A DNA stretch of 63,885 bases, filler included, from Dugesia japonica (GCA_001938525.1; 6 parts of 6 records of this genome joined end to end with filler, not necessarily neighbours in it), one strand, 5' to 3'; shown: positions 41,159-54,277, counted from the whole stretch's first letter. Numbers and translations: made by a program. Notes: generated by a model from the sequence alone, not told the origin.

Positions 41159-41714
41159 GGTCTCTTCGAAAAGGAAAAGGAGAATTATTTTTTCTTTTCA
41201 ATCGTTAATTAAGGCCCTGATGAGGACCGATATTCTTGCTCGATGCATCACATTATAACTGTTAAAGTTAGCTGAAAACGGTTTTCTGTCTTATTATACT
41301 GGTGCGTTGTTGGATTTCATACTTGGCTAAATAATTCAGAAATTATTGAAAATAAACCTGTGTAAAATAATTACCTATAAATGTATCGGCAAGATAGTGG
41401 CCACACTTTGAATTCATTTCGCAAAGGTAAATGCTATCCAGATCTATTTTAAATGAACATAATATTGGTTTTTTTCTTAAAATATTTATATTTATGGCCA
41501 TTTAAAATTTGGCGATTACAATAGAATAAATAAGCAATTAGTTAAATTGAAATTATTAAAATTAAAATTTTCAAAAAGGAAAATTAAGAACGTCATATGG
41601 AAATTAAAATGATTATTATAATTATATTATAGTTGAAAATAAAGCTAAATTAAAATGAATTAAGAAACGAAATATACCCAGAATCACAAAATTAAAATAA
41701 ATAAAATAAAGTAT

Positions 41715-42710
41715 TGTTGGGGCGAAACACCCAGAGGAATAAGAATCAAGGTTGAAGGGGGTCATGAATGGCCCAATATCAAAATAGAAAGGAACATAGT
41801 AATGAAAGCAAGTACGAAAAATCGGGACAATATATTAAGCAAAAATGGAAAATTCAGAAGATCAAATTAAAGGTGATTAATTATAATAATTTCGAAATTA
41901 ATAAAATTAATAAGGAAAATAAGTATCAGAAGATGAAAATAATTACAAAATATTAATTAATTTAAACAGAAAAATCAATTAAAATTGAGCCAAAATTCAA
42001 TTTATATGAATAACTTCGCTCAAGGAAATCAGAATGAATCCTGTTAAGAAAATATGAAAAGAGAACAACAAGATGCATCAGAATTGCTAAATAGAAAAAA
42101 CTTACCACCATCCAGAAGGATGCTACAGGGCTTTGAAGATCAGGCCAATAGGAAATCTAAAAAAACAAATATAACAAAGACACAATTGTCATGTGTCATG
42201 ATAAAAATAGCTGCCAATTACAGCACCAAAATTCGTAGAAAATTTTGGAAAATGGGCGCCGTAACCAATGAAATTGGAAAAACGCTGATCTAAAAATAAT
42301 CAGCAAATCTAGAAGAAGTCGGGGTGTCTCAGAAATTGTATAAAAGGACCCCTGAATTTAGTGAAAAATCTAACAAAAAAACTAAGTTAGAAAATTTTTG
42401 TTTATCACCAAATCTACCATTAAGCAACTTACGTGGAATAACTTGAAAAAGGAAATCGCAATAGAGAAAATTTTTTCAATTAGGATCGAATATTCAACCA
42501 AAAGGAAAATTTCAGAATTGGTAAGATCAAATCAACTGATAAGTTAGTTAATCGGAGTCATTAACAGAATTAGAAAGGAAGTTAGCCGAATACTTTGAAG
42601 CTAAATTTTCCGCAGAACATATTAGTCAGTCAACCGAAGTCTACTCCCGTATCGAAAGAATTAACCGTTGCAAAAATCTTTTAGTTTACTAGCAAAAGTA
42701 AATTATTATT
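41715..42710 (+). mobile_element. Probable decayed LTR element (TGTTGGGGCGAAACACC family)
   Basis: Shares its 5' end with 8877; A-rich with broken ORFs. Confidence 0.35.
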
Positions 42711-43731
42711 TCGNNNNNNNNNNNNNNNNNNNNNNNNNNNNNNNNNNNNNNNNNNNNNNNNNNAAAATGTTATCATGAAAAAATTTGTTTTTTATTTATT
42801 ATAATAAATTTATCTATATGAAAGCCTTAGGTGTTAATTTTTTTTGTTGTTTGTAGGTCAATTGCACTACTTCAGTGACTGTTAATACTTGGATAAGAAA
42901 TTATTTGTTAACTAACAACACAATTTGGTTTATTTTTGTGTAAAGCCAAATAAAATGGAGAGGGTTTTCCTTTCTTCCCTCCGTAATATGGATAATTTAG
43001 TAACACAAATTGTTTATGTAAATAATAATACAAAAATCTGTATCTAAAATGAAAGATAAATCGATTTATTTTTAATAACCATAAGTCGAAATATTACTCG
43101 AATTAAAATCATTTATTTAACAGAAAACAACAAATTACTTGAAATTTCTGTAAAAGGAAAAATCCATATGTCTGTAAAATTTTCTTTTTCAAATTCCATC
43201 AGTCACGGGTAGTGAATTTAATCCAATGGATAGTTGCCTCATTTACAAATTAGTAGTATTATTACTATCATTATTATTATTATTATTATCATTATTATTA
43301 TTATCATTATCGTTATTTATGTCCGTATCATCAACCTTATTACTATTATCATCGTTATCATTATTAGTATTATTGATATTATTATTGTTGTGTTGTTGGT
43401 TATTAAGGTTATTGGTAGGATTATCATTCGCGTTGTCATTANNNNNNNNNNNNNNNNNNNNNNNNNNNNNNNNNNNTATTATAATTATCCGAAACTATTA
43501 TTATGATTATTAGAATCAGAGAATGGTGTGTTCATACGATAAAACCTTTAATAGAAAGAATAGGGATATTAACAAATAGTGACGTGTTTAAATTAAGTTT
43601 AATTTAATGGGTTAGTATCCTGTTTTGGGAACGAGTCCGCTCATTAATAGTGTACGGCAGCAGCAAAACTTTTCGGGTGGATTAAAATAAGAATCATGGT
43701 TTGATTTGTAATTTTATTTTTACTATAGGTA

Positions 43732-43989
43732 ATGCCAGCAATACTACGGGACACCCTTCGCCAAATAAAGAAACAGCGGCGAGCTGCTCGCTTAAAACAA
43801 TTAATAACCCACTATATAACGAGGGGCAAGGTGGAACACCCCGACAAAACAGATCTCCAGGGTTTCGTTGAGATGTTTCCACTCGAGCATAAAGTGGATA
43901 TAGATGAGGAGTATCCGATCTCGTTAAAGTCCTGTGGAATCATTCGCATAAAAATACATTTTGTTTTGACTTACATGCAATTCTTATAA
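43732..43989 (+). CDS. Hypothetical 85-aa protein
   Basis: ATG-initiated ORF in a locally GC-richer island, AATAAA right after the stop; no recognised family. Confidence 0.35.
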   Translation: MPAILRDTLRQIKKQRRAARLKQLITHYITRGKVEHPDKTDLQGFVEMFPLEHKVDIDEEYPISLKSCGIIRIKIHFVLTYMQFL

Positions 43990-44105
43990 AATAAACTCTG
44001 TCTTACTTTATTTTTAAATTACTCTCTAAATAAAATCTAAATAGTAACTAGCTGCATTTTTACTTTAAATAAAACTTCATTGGTTGTTATTGTAGAATCA
44101 GCATT

Positions 44106-44435
44106 ATGGAATATAAATGGGAGGTGAGTTTGGATATTAATACGGGCCGAACGGTATTTAAAAGGTACCAAAACCCGTACAATATCTCCGCTGAACACGC
44201 AGCAGATGAAAGACAGTGGAATGCGACGGAAAGGAGTGCCTACTACAGTTGGTGTGGCCCGAGAAGGGACCGCGTGGCATTCCCCCCAGCTGCACTTTCT
44301 TTTGAAAGATACACCGACGTGCCTCAGGTAGAACGCCGGTGGCATGATGGACCTTCCTTAATCGGTAGAAGGGGGATAGCGGCATACGAGCCTACTTTTG
44401 GCAAGCAACCAAAATTCGAGCCCACCTATATTTAA
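44106..44435 (+). CDS. Hypothetical 109-aa protein abutting a long-TIR-family end
   Basis: Intact ATG-TAA ORF, much GC-richer than host exons; no recognised family. Confidence 0.45.
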   Translation: MEYKWEVSLDINTGRTVFKRYQNPYNISAEHAADERQWNATERSAYYSWCGPRRDRVAFPPAALSFERYTDVPQVERRWHDGPSLIGRRGIAAYEPTFGKQPKFEPTYI

Positions 44436-44479
44436 GCAGTTATCTCGGGACCCGGGGGGCTCGGAAACACATTACGCTT

Positions 44480-44834
44480 GAGCTGCGTTTTTTTAACTAT
44501 GGTTTTTGGGTTGGTTTTATTTTTCTAAGATTTTTGGGATCAAAAAATTTTTGATTTCTATGTAAATAATATAAAGTTGCTATGCAAATAATACAATCAT
44601 AAACCTTATATTTTATGCTTGCTATGTAAATAATATACTCATAAGCCCTATAGATATCAAAATATTTACTTATGTTATTTNNNNNNTAGACTTATAAGTT
44701 ATTTATGGAAAGGTACCATGATTTAATGAATTTTATAATAATGTTCTATGTTTTTTTTATAAATTTGATGATAAAAGTTCTCAGCTAATATGTTTTTATA
44801 AAGAATTGTCACTACTAATATGATATTTATAGAA
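44480..44834. mobile_element. Second copy of the long-TIR family subterminal sequence
   Basis: AGCTGCGTTTTTTTAAC..CTAAGATTTTTGGG is the reverse complement of 5780-5838; has the 42-bp repeat unit; 44740-44830 resembles the reverse complement of 2490-2560. Confidence 0.7.
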
Positions 44835-44934
44835 NNNNNNNNNNNNNNNNNNNNNNNNNNNNNNNNNNNNNNNNNNNNTTAATTAATTAANNNNNNNNNN
44901 NNNNNNNNNNNNNNNNNNNNNNNNNNNNNNNNNN
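44835..44934. other. Artificial scaffold-joining spacer
   Basis: 44N-TTAATTAATTAA-44N. Confidence 0.95.
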
Positions 44935-46089
44935 CGCAATAATTCTAATTGTAAAACTCATATTTATTAATTTGAATTACTTATTTATATAATAAATTAC
45001 ATTTTTTTAAGATTTGTGTTTTTAAAAATTAATATTTAAATTAATATATATATATATATATATACTTCCATACATACTCTAAGGATTAAACAGTAATGTT
45101 TTTGTTTTGATATCTGTATTTTAATGCTTTAAGGTGTGTACTACTATTGAAAATCCAAAAATCTAACATAAATAAAACAAAGAAATTGAAATATTTCTAT
45201 CTATTCCTATTGTTTTTATTCAATTTAATAATTCAATTTAATTTCTTCTACAAATTTAATTATGAAAGTAAAAATTCTGAAATTAACACACAAGATAGTT
45301 TAAATCCAAAACCTTTTACTTAAACGTTGCGCTAAAGAATTGGATTCTAGATAATATATGAGTATTTACGATAATACTGGGTTAATTTGCAAATAATGAT
45401 ACTTTACGTGCGTCAGTTTGCAAGCATCTCTTGTTTATAACTCATGAAGGTTCATTTTTGAATTATTGAATTTCCATTTTGAATATTATGACATTTAAAA
45501 TGATCTTCACAGTGAAAACCTAATTATTTGGATGACTCCACCTTGAAGACAATACAAAAGAAAAACTTTCAANAAATAACTTCATAACCTTATCAAAGAT
45601 TTAATGTTCCACAATTATTAGGTACGTTTATGATCTATATATAATTTCCTTGCTCGACAATTGAGTAACGACCGAATTAACAGCACAAAAGATAATGAAC
45701 CGATACAGTACTTGTGTTTCATTAATTATTGTCAATAATGGATAGCACCATGTATTCAACCTCTGAGTAAAGAGTATATCACCGGGTTGCTGACTTTCTT
45801 TACATTAATATTTTTTTATGAGCTTAAGTAGTTTCATTTAACTGTACGATAAAAGTTTAGTGTAGCAGAAAGTATGGCAATAATGATGAGAATAATTGGT
45901 AGACTTAACAATTGATCGTATTTGAGATTTCATTAAATTAAAAGCTTCGATCAAAATATTGTTTTATATTTTTTATAATTTTTTTAGTTGTTAGTATTTC
46001 AAATTTTCTACTTAATTTGTCTTCAGGGGAAGGTATATAAACTAAATGTAGTCTTGCAGAACTGTATCAATTTATAATAAAAAACAATA

Positions 46090-46498
46090 TTGTGTGCGCA
46101 TTTCCAAATATTGATATTGCCTTTCGAATAGTTACAAATTGTTCAACTAAGAAATCATTTTCACAACTTATATATATATATATATATAAAATAAAAGTCC
46201 ACTGACAAGAAAAATGAAGCAAGATAGGCTGGATGGGTTATCAATGTAAAGTATAGAGGCAGCTGATTTAAGGAAACTCAATTATGAAGATCTGATTAAA
46301 AATCTTGTTAGTAAGAAATATGGAAAAAAAATTCTATAATAATACAAACATGCGAAGGATTTCTTTATGAACTGTCAACGAAATATTTTTATTTTCCTGC
46401 TTGTTTATTTTCCATTAGAATTGTACCCNNNNNNNNNNNNNNNNNNNNNNNNNNNNNNNNNNNNNNNNNNNNNNNNNNCTAAGAAATCATTTTCACAA

Positions 46499-46534
<36 letters not shown>

Positions 46535-46826
46535 ATAAAAGTCCACTGACAAGAAAAATGAAGCAAGATAGGCTGGATGGGTTATCATTGTAAAGTATAG
46601 AGGCAGCTGATTTAAGGAAACTCAATTATGAAGATCTGATTAAAGACCTTGTTAGTAAGAAATATGGAAAAAAAATTCTATAATAATACAAACATGCAAA
46701 GGATTTCTTTATGAACTGTCAACGAAATATTTTTATTTTCCTGCTTGTTTATTTTCCATTAGAATTGTACCCGAGGCACGACATTTTGTAGGTGCTTAGG
46801 GTCTCTCAAGGTCCTAATTCGGCTCT
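46090..46826 (+). mobile_element. hAT transposase dimerisation-domain remnant and 3' end
   Basis: AFPNIDIAFRI..VTNCS..SFSQL..MKQDRLDGLS..SIE..LNYEDLIK; end GCTTAGGG..CCTAATTCGGCTCTG. The segment is duplicated across an N gap. Confidence 0.75.
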
Positions 46827-48174
46827 GTTTCTGTCTGCGGTTAAAACACTTAATTCAAAAAATAAGATATACATTTTGACGATTAGAAATTGAAATAATC
46901 TTTCATCAAAGTATTAATCTTTTCATGTTTCTGTGGCACTCAACAAAGGTTGATGAAGTTCTAACGGTATTATGCAACGTTTACTCCCAGACTTAGTTCC
47001 TTCCAATTTCCATTAATAATTTTGCTTACAAAACCATTAATATTTTGAAATCAATAAACTCTTAAGTGGGAGTAGCATTGACAAATAGGAATAATTTTTT
47101 TTCTTTTTTGGATTTTCTATTGTGTACGTTTTGTTTGAATTATAAAAAAGAAAGTGTATATAAATCACTTCTAGTAATTTTCAGATTGGAAAAATATAAT
47201 CTAACATTCGTTTTAAATATTTTTAAAACTTTCAGTAAATAAATTAAAGTTAAACCTTGCATAGCTTGGTTTTTAAAACAATGTTACATGAAAATGTTGA
47301 TACAGAGACATGAAATTCTGTTTCTTAAGGAAAGGTTCTGCCTTTTTTTTTAGTGTCACTAAACGTATTATTAAAAAATTAAAGAGCCATAAAAATTTAT
47401 GTTCAATTTCTATGTATCTTAATTAAAATTTTATAATATAGAACACTTGACCAATTAAAATGAAATTTTAAAACCAACTTATAGAAAAATAAATTAGCGC
47501 CAAAATAAATTTGAACTTTGATTTCTATTGCACATACTACTGTACTGCATTATGTCATATTTTCAAAATGCGTGTCAAGACCCAAAAGTAAATCGATTAT
47601 ATAGTCATTTACATAAATTTTCTTATTTTAGGTAAAAAGCTTACCCATCAATACTATATCTATTATTGCACAACAAATTAAAATCAACCTACAAAATTAT
47701 TATTATAACCTAAAGATAAAAAACATTTATTTATTTTCTTACCTAGAATAAATTATTTGAAATAGAAACACAAAAACTTTAGATTATACAATGCAGTAAC
47801 AAGCACTTTGAAATTTATCCATTCTGTTGTTGGATAACTGCCTGAGTTACAGACTGGGTTTTATACATTATTCTCGATAGAAAATCCTTAAAAATAATGT
47901 ATTTATATAAAATACATCTATATAAAAAATTAATTTTTAAATAAAAAATAATTTATTAAAACAATTTCTTTCTTGTGATCCAGTTTGATTAGTAAAATTT
48001 GTCAAAGAATTATGCTCAATTCTTTTATTTAAATACTGATATGCACCGTTGTAGGAAACGAATATTAAAACCATATATTTTTGAAAAATTTTATTTGTGA
48101 TGATATTCTAATCTAATTAATACATTTCATTAATAATAAATAAATAAAATAAATAAAAATGTTATTTTATAAAG

Positions 48175-51100
48175 ATTTCTCATTCATTTCTACTGATAAA
48201 TCTGACCAGTCATCAGTTTTTCCCAATTCAAAGGAAAATAAAATTTATGCGGAACCACTTGAACCGATTTCAGATCAAGATCCAAAAGTAAACAAAAATC
48301 TTAAAGAGCCGTCATCTAAAACTGATGATGAAGTTATTGAGAGGTAATTTTTATATTGTAAATAAAATTCTGCAAAAGTCTTATTATAAATATGATAAAT
48401 ATTGTAAAGAAATCTTTGTTAATATTACTACTAATCTACGTTTTATGTTGCGATTAAATAGTTCAGATTAGCCCAGGTCTATTTCTACCAAATCAATAAA
48501 AAAAACGAATAAATGTTCCATTAATATTTTCTAAAGTTCGATAAACTCATTGAATTCTTTTACTTACACTCATGTGTAAAATATGAGTAAAGATAGACCA
48601 TAACCGTAGTTTGGCTCTTCGTGAAAACTGTTATTTCTTCATTAGCCGACCATAGAGGTCAACTCCATTCATATTCTTATTAACCCTTTCGAGAGGACTT
48701 TTAGCATTTTTTGAATTTGATGGTGCATATATGTTTCAGTCGTCTCGGAAGAGTTAGGTAATTTAATTTTTTGGCCTCATATAAGAATAGCGGACGTCAA
48801 TAGGTTACTTGTCAATTAATGTAATTATATGCTAATAAAAATCTGTAGACTAAAATATGGAATATTTCATTAAAATTAATAAGATTAAAAATTAAAAAAA
48901 CCTATAGTGGTCTAATCAGTTATTTGTTTTAATAGTGAAATCGATTATGTGTAAAAATATTAGTTGTAATTTGAAAAATAAATTATCAATCGAAAATTTA
49001 CTTAACATGGTGGCAGCGGTAAATACCGATTCTATTACANAGGATATTGACGAATGTGTTCTTCAGANGAGATGATATTGAGAAATTCATCATGCGGTGT
49101 GAATTATATTTTGAAGCCAAAAACATTATCCAGATGAAACAACAAGAGAGATTAGTCTTTTGTTTGTTAGATAATGATTTGTTGTAAGAGTTTTAAGGAA
49201 AAATTTGAAGGTTTTCAAGTTCGTTTACGTTTGACATTTGATAAAGATGTTATCAAAGATTTGATTAAACACAGAAATGGAAATGAAAAGCTTCAGGTTT
49301 ATTTTAAGAATGTAAGATTTAGTAAAAACATTATTTACAAATAAAGATTTTACTAAGGAAATAATAATAACAAAGATGCTAGTTTATTGTTCAGATAAAA
49401 CAAATTGAAGAAAAGTAACTTTGCGGAAACGACAGAAAATAGAAGAAATAGAAGAAACAATAACGTTAGAAAATTGAGTAGAAAAAACAGAGATCAAGTT
49501 GATGCAGTTAGAAGTTACAGGAGAGTTTATCAGAAAACTGTAAATCCTACAGTGAATAGATATGTAGATCAAAGAAAGAAAAAACGAAAGATTGAATGTT
49601 GGTTATGTCATAAGATCGGTCATACTAAATGTAAATTTTCTGATGAAAAAGTTGTAGAGTGTTGGACTTGTCATAAGTCGAGAGTGTCCAGATAAAAAAT
49701 CAACCAAATGGTTTGGTTGTGGAAAAGAAATATCAAGAAATGAGGTGTAAACGATGTGGAAATGGTAGACATCGGGCAGAAGAGTGCTACACAAATTTGA
49801 AAATGAAAAGAACAAATCAGAAAACAAGTAAAAAACCGATATAATTGATGACATTCGATTGCAGATAAAGATGTTAATACAAACGATGGATATGAACATT
49901 CTATATTGAGAAAGTTACTGAAAAAGTCAACAGGTTCTTAAAGAGNNNNNNNNNNNNNNNNNNNNNNNNNNNNNNNNNNNNNNNNNNNNNNNNNNNNNNN
50001 NNNNNNNNNNNNNNNNNNNNNNNNNNNNNNNNNNNNNNNNGTATCAATTCAAGGAAATAAAGTTGAATGTCTACTAGATAAATGAGCTCAAAATAATGTT
50101 ATGAGTTTGAGTTGTTTTAATAAATTACGAGAAGTACATTTAGAAATGAGTGATGAAAAATTGAGTTATGTAAATAATAGTGAAATTAAAATTGTTGGGA
50201 AATGATAATTGATGAAGTCTGTGAAGAGGTTATCTTCTTAGTTGGATTAGAGAAAGAGATATGCTGAAGTTTTTGGATACCAGCTTTTACGAAAGGTCAA
50301 CTGTTAAACAGATGAAAAAGTTGAAAATTACATTTGTAATATTGAAGCGAAATTTTGGAGACAAATTAAAAAGGGATTGGCAAGAAGATTAAATACGATA
50401 AACGGTTATTAAAAATATTTGGAAGTAAAGAAGACTCTTTTATTGCAGATAAATAGGATGTAGGAGGCCCATATTTGATAAAACACAAAATAATCACAAG
50501 TGGTGAACTAATCAATGTAAAACCGTACAGGTAACAAATGAACTTAGAATCTAAAATTGATGAAACTATCTAAAATCTTTTTGAGAATAGTTTTATCCGG
50601 AGATGCAACTCTCTATTGAATAGCCAACTAATTTGTATTTGAAAAAAGCTAAAGAATGACATAAGAATGTGCTTGGATTTCAGATAATTTGAAAGTAGTA
50701 ACGAAAAGACAAGCCTTTCCAATGTTTAATGTTTATGAAATGCTGGATAAGTTAGATGGAGCAAAATATTTCAATCAATAGATTTGGGAAATGAGTACTA
50801 TCAGATAAAGCTCAAAGAAGAACCACAAGTAAAAACGGCGTTTTCAATGAAGCACAATATTTCTTTAATCGAATGCCACTTGGCATTGCATGAGGTGATT
50901 ACAAAAGTGGCTGGTGGAATCAATGGAGCCATNNNNNNNNNNNNNNNNNNNNNNNNNNNNNNNNNNNNNNNNNNNNNNNNNNNNNNNNNNNNNNNNNNNN
51001 NNNNNNNNNNNNNNNNNAAGGCTGGTTTAAGAATTAATTCAGAAAAGTATCAGTTTCTTCAAAGCGAAATCAAATTTCTTGGACACATAATTAACATGGA

Positions 51101-53376
51101 TGGTGTTAGAACTAATTCATCTAAAATAAAAGCCATAAGAACATTTGGTAAACCTAATCGCGTGAAGAAGTTACGAAGTCTCTTAAGAATTTGTAATTAC
51201 TACACGACGTTTATAGAAAACTATGCTAGAAAATNNNNNNNNNNNNNNNNNNNNNNNNNNNNNNNNNNNNNNNNNNNNNNNNNNNNNNNNNNNNNNNNNN
51301 NNNGAGGATCTAAAGAAAGCTCTAATGATTGCGCCAATATTGTGTTTTCCGACCATAAACAAAGAATTTATATTAAATACAGATGCCAGTTTTAATACAA
51401 TTGGAGCAGTATTGTCACATAAAGATAAAGAAAAAAAATAAAGAGTTGTTGCCCATGGATCACATTCAATGACGGGTCATGAAAAAATTTATTGGTTGCT
51501 TATTATTTCTGCATGCATTTCAAGCATTACTTAAAAAAGCATTACTTATACGATAAAATATTTATCCTTAGAACAAATCATAAAGCTCTAATATTCATGA
51601 TGGCTTCAAAGAAACCAATTACGTCCCAATTCCAGACATGGATTGATTATGCCAAGAAAGAGAAAATTAAAACAAGAGTACTGGACACAATTGAAAAGGA
51701 AAAAGTAGAGCAATTAAAAATTTCTGAGGAAACAGGAGTTGTAAAGGTGTATGAATATATGAGAGACAAATACGTATAGTTGGCTGTAGCATAAATTCCA
51801 GTTAATAATACTAATTTAATAACAATTTGAAACATTTATTTAAAACAATTCTTTTTAGCCAATTTAAAGAAGAAAGCGATATATTGTCCCTGAATTGCTG
51901 TTCATCTTTTTGACCAATCCTCTATATTTTTGATGGTCACCCTTATCAACTAGAACAATTAAATGATCCTAATTGAAATATTTTTTTTATCTACTTGACA
52001 TTGCATTTCCAAAAGCTCTAAGATTTAAATAAAATTTACTGACATAAAACATTACTGATATTTCTAGCATAAAATAGTGATTTCAAATAAATAACTTGTG
52101 ATGTTCGTTTTAAGAGAGACAGAAAAGACAACGTTTATTGCATTGAATAGTTACGAGAGACACAAAATAAATTTATTATGAAAATTCAAAACGCAATGTG
52201 GTTTGGGTGAAGCCAGGTGAATCTGGTATATAAACGTCGACACCGGATATTCATAGTTCAAAGGTTATGTTGTGTATCTGGTGGGATAATAAAATGTAAG
52301 CTATTACAGACTGCTAAGACCATAGAAACTATAACTGGTGAATTTCAATTACAATGAATATCAATTACAATTAATGCGTTTGAAGTGAACTCTGATCAAA
52401 AGAAGACAAGAATACGAGAATAGACATTCCAAGATTACTTTGCAACATGATAACGCTCGGTCACATGTTCATTCGGTTGTTAAGAATTACTTAGAAGGAG
52501 TAAACTGAAATTCCTTACATCACCCGAAGTATTCACCGAATATTTCTCCTATGGATTATCATTTGTTTTGCTCAACGCAATTAGTACTTTCTAAAGAGCG
52601 CTTTAGTTCGAAATTGGGTAGATAGTTGAATTGCTTCAAAGGAGCCAGAATTATTCTTTTGTTAAATTTATTTGTTGCCCGAAAGATGAGCAAAGGTGAC
52701 AGCTTCAAANNNNNNNNNNNNNNNNNNNNNNNNNNNNNNNNNNNNNNNNNNNNNNNNNNNNNNNNNNNNNNNNNNNNNNNNNNNNNNNNNNNNNNNNNNN
52801 NNNNNNNNNNNNNNNNNNNNNNNNNNNNNNNNNNNNNNNNNNNNNNNNNNNNNNNTTTAGTAAAATCTTTTTAGAAATTTATAGTAAAAATTGTGTACTG
52901 AAAATAAATTTAATGATATCATTACATCTGAATACGGGATATTAATAAATAATAAAAATTATAAATAATAATAAACATAAAATAATACTATTTATTTTTT
53001 TAAAAGTTATAACTGTAGAATATTGCAGATACATTTCTATAACTATTCATTTTGTAATATTCAATATTTATTTACTATTTCATGTTTCTTATTATTAATT
53101 TAAATTCTTTTCAAATTTCATGTTAGCAATTTTCAACAAAATAAAAAGTTNTCATAACATTTCATAAAAAATCAACAATCAAAATGTAATAAAAGCTATT
53201 TACTCATCATAATATTAAATCATTATTCAACATAAAAACAGTTACCATGGTAGAAAGTGAATGGGAATTGCTTTTAAGAAATCTAAAAATATTTTAATGC
53301 ATCAATAAAATTAGCACATTAATTTTTTTTGATTAAGAAAAAATTTTATTGAAGCAAAAATTATTATATTTATTAA

Positions 53377-53432
<56 letters not shown>

Positions 53433-53492
53433 NNNNNNNNNNNNNNNNNNNNNNNNNNNNNNNNNNNNNNNNNNNNNNNNNNTTATTATTAC

Positions 53493-53528
<36 letters not shown>

Positions 53529-53717
53529 TATTATTATTATTATTATTAGTATTATTCTTATTAGATTTTTTTTAGAGAGGAAGAAGCTATAAAATTAGAT
53601 GGTTTAAATATAGCTCAATTAAAAGAAATGCGTGAAAAAGCCGAGAAATTTCAATTTCAAGCTGAAGTAGATCGTATGATGCAGTTGATTATAAATTCAC
53701 TTTATACAAACAAAGAA
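48175..53717 (+). CDS. HSP90B1: Endoplasmin/GRP94 (ER Hsp90), two N-terminal exons (48175-48343, 53576-53717)
   Basis: Spliced [11 protein letters not shown]|[47 protein letters not shown] is diagnostic of GRP94; GT/AG borders in phase. Confidence 0.92.
48684..48753. mobile_element. Tiny piggyBac-like MITE
   Basis: TTAA-CCCTTTCGAGAGGACT ... AGTCGTCTCGGAAGAG-TTAG. Confidence 0.4.
49006..51780 (+). mobile_element. Decayed Ty3/gypsy gag-pol in the GRP94 intron
   Basis: PBS TGGTGGCAGCGGT, Gag ([10 protein letters not shown]), knuckles [15 protein letters not shown], protease region, RT ([27 protein letters not shown]), RNase H (ILNTDAS..IGAVL). Same family as 15580-17424. Confidence 0.92.
49008..49020 (+). 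promoter_or_regulatory. Primer-binding site complementary to tRNA-Leu 3' end
   Basis: TGGTGGCAGCGGT is the reverse complement of ..ACCGCTGCCA-CCA of animal tRNA-Leu(AAG/TAG) and directly follows AACA. Confidence 0.75.
52115..52705 (+). mobile_element. Decayed mariner transposase fragment
   Basis: [35 protein letters not shown]. Confidence 0.85.
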
Positions 53718-54277
53718 GTATGTATTTTATCATTGAAATAATTTAATTTTTTGTTTGAATGAGATGAAAATTTAATTACGTTATTAAGATGATTTCTTTT
53801 CTATATTAAAATGGTCATTGAAATTACAGAAATGAATTCTTAAATATTTGATATTTTAATTAATTTTTTTATTCATATATATAATTAAACAAATTTGATA
53901 AGAAGTAATGATTATATAATTGAAAAAACAATTATTTGTTTTTAAATGATATGAAATTNNNNAATGATATGAAATTTTCTTTATTTACAGAATGAAATAA
54001 TTATTATTTTTCTGATAAAATTCTAAAATTAGATTGTTCTTTACTCTTTGTTAATATAATCATTGAAAGAAAACAATTCATTTTCTATATTTCTATTTGG
54101 TTTTATAATATTTTACTAATTAATTGGGTAGAAGTAGGTCTAAGGGTGTTTATTTGATTTTCGTAAAATTCTTTCAGTAATTTCTTAGTTATGACTGACA
54201 TGATAATGGTTAATTTAATAAAATTAAACATGTTCTATTGTGTAATAATACAATTGTTTGCATGCTTAAATAAAATG

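Noticed and set aside
43226-43513. Poly-Leu/Ile/Asn/Tyr ORFs (also 13250-13513 and 53349-53549)
   Set aside because: Translations of (ATT)n microsatellites and N gaps.
46147-46772. ~280-bp near-identical tandem duplication
   Set aside because: Copies flank an N gap, so probably an unmerged contig overlap or allelic duplicate; likewise 2500-2670.
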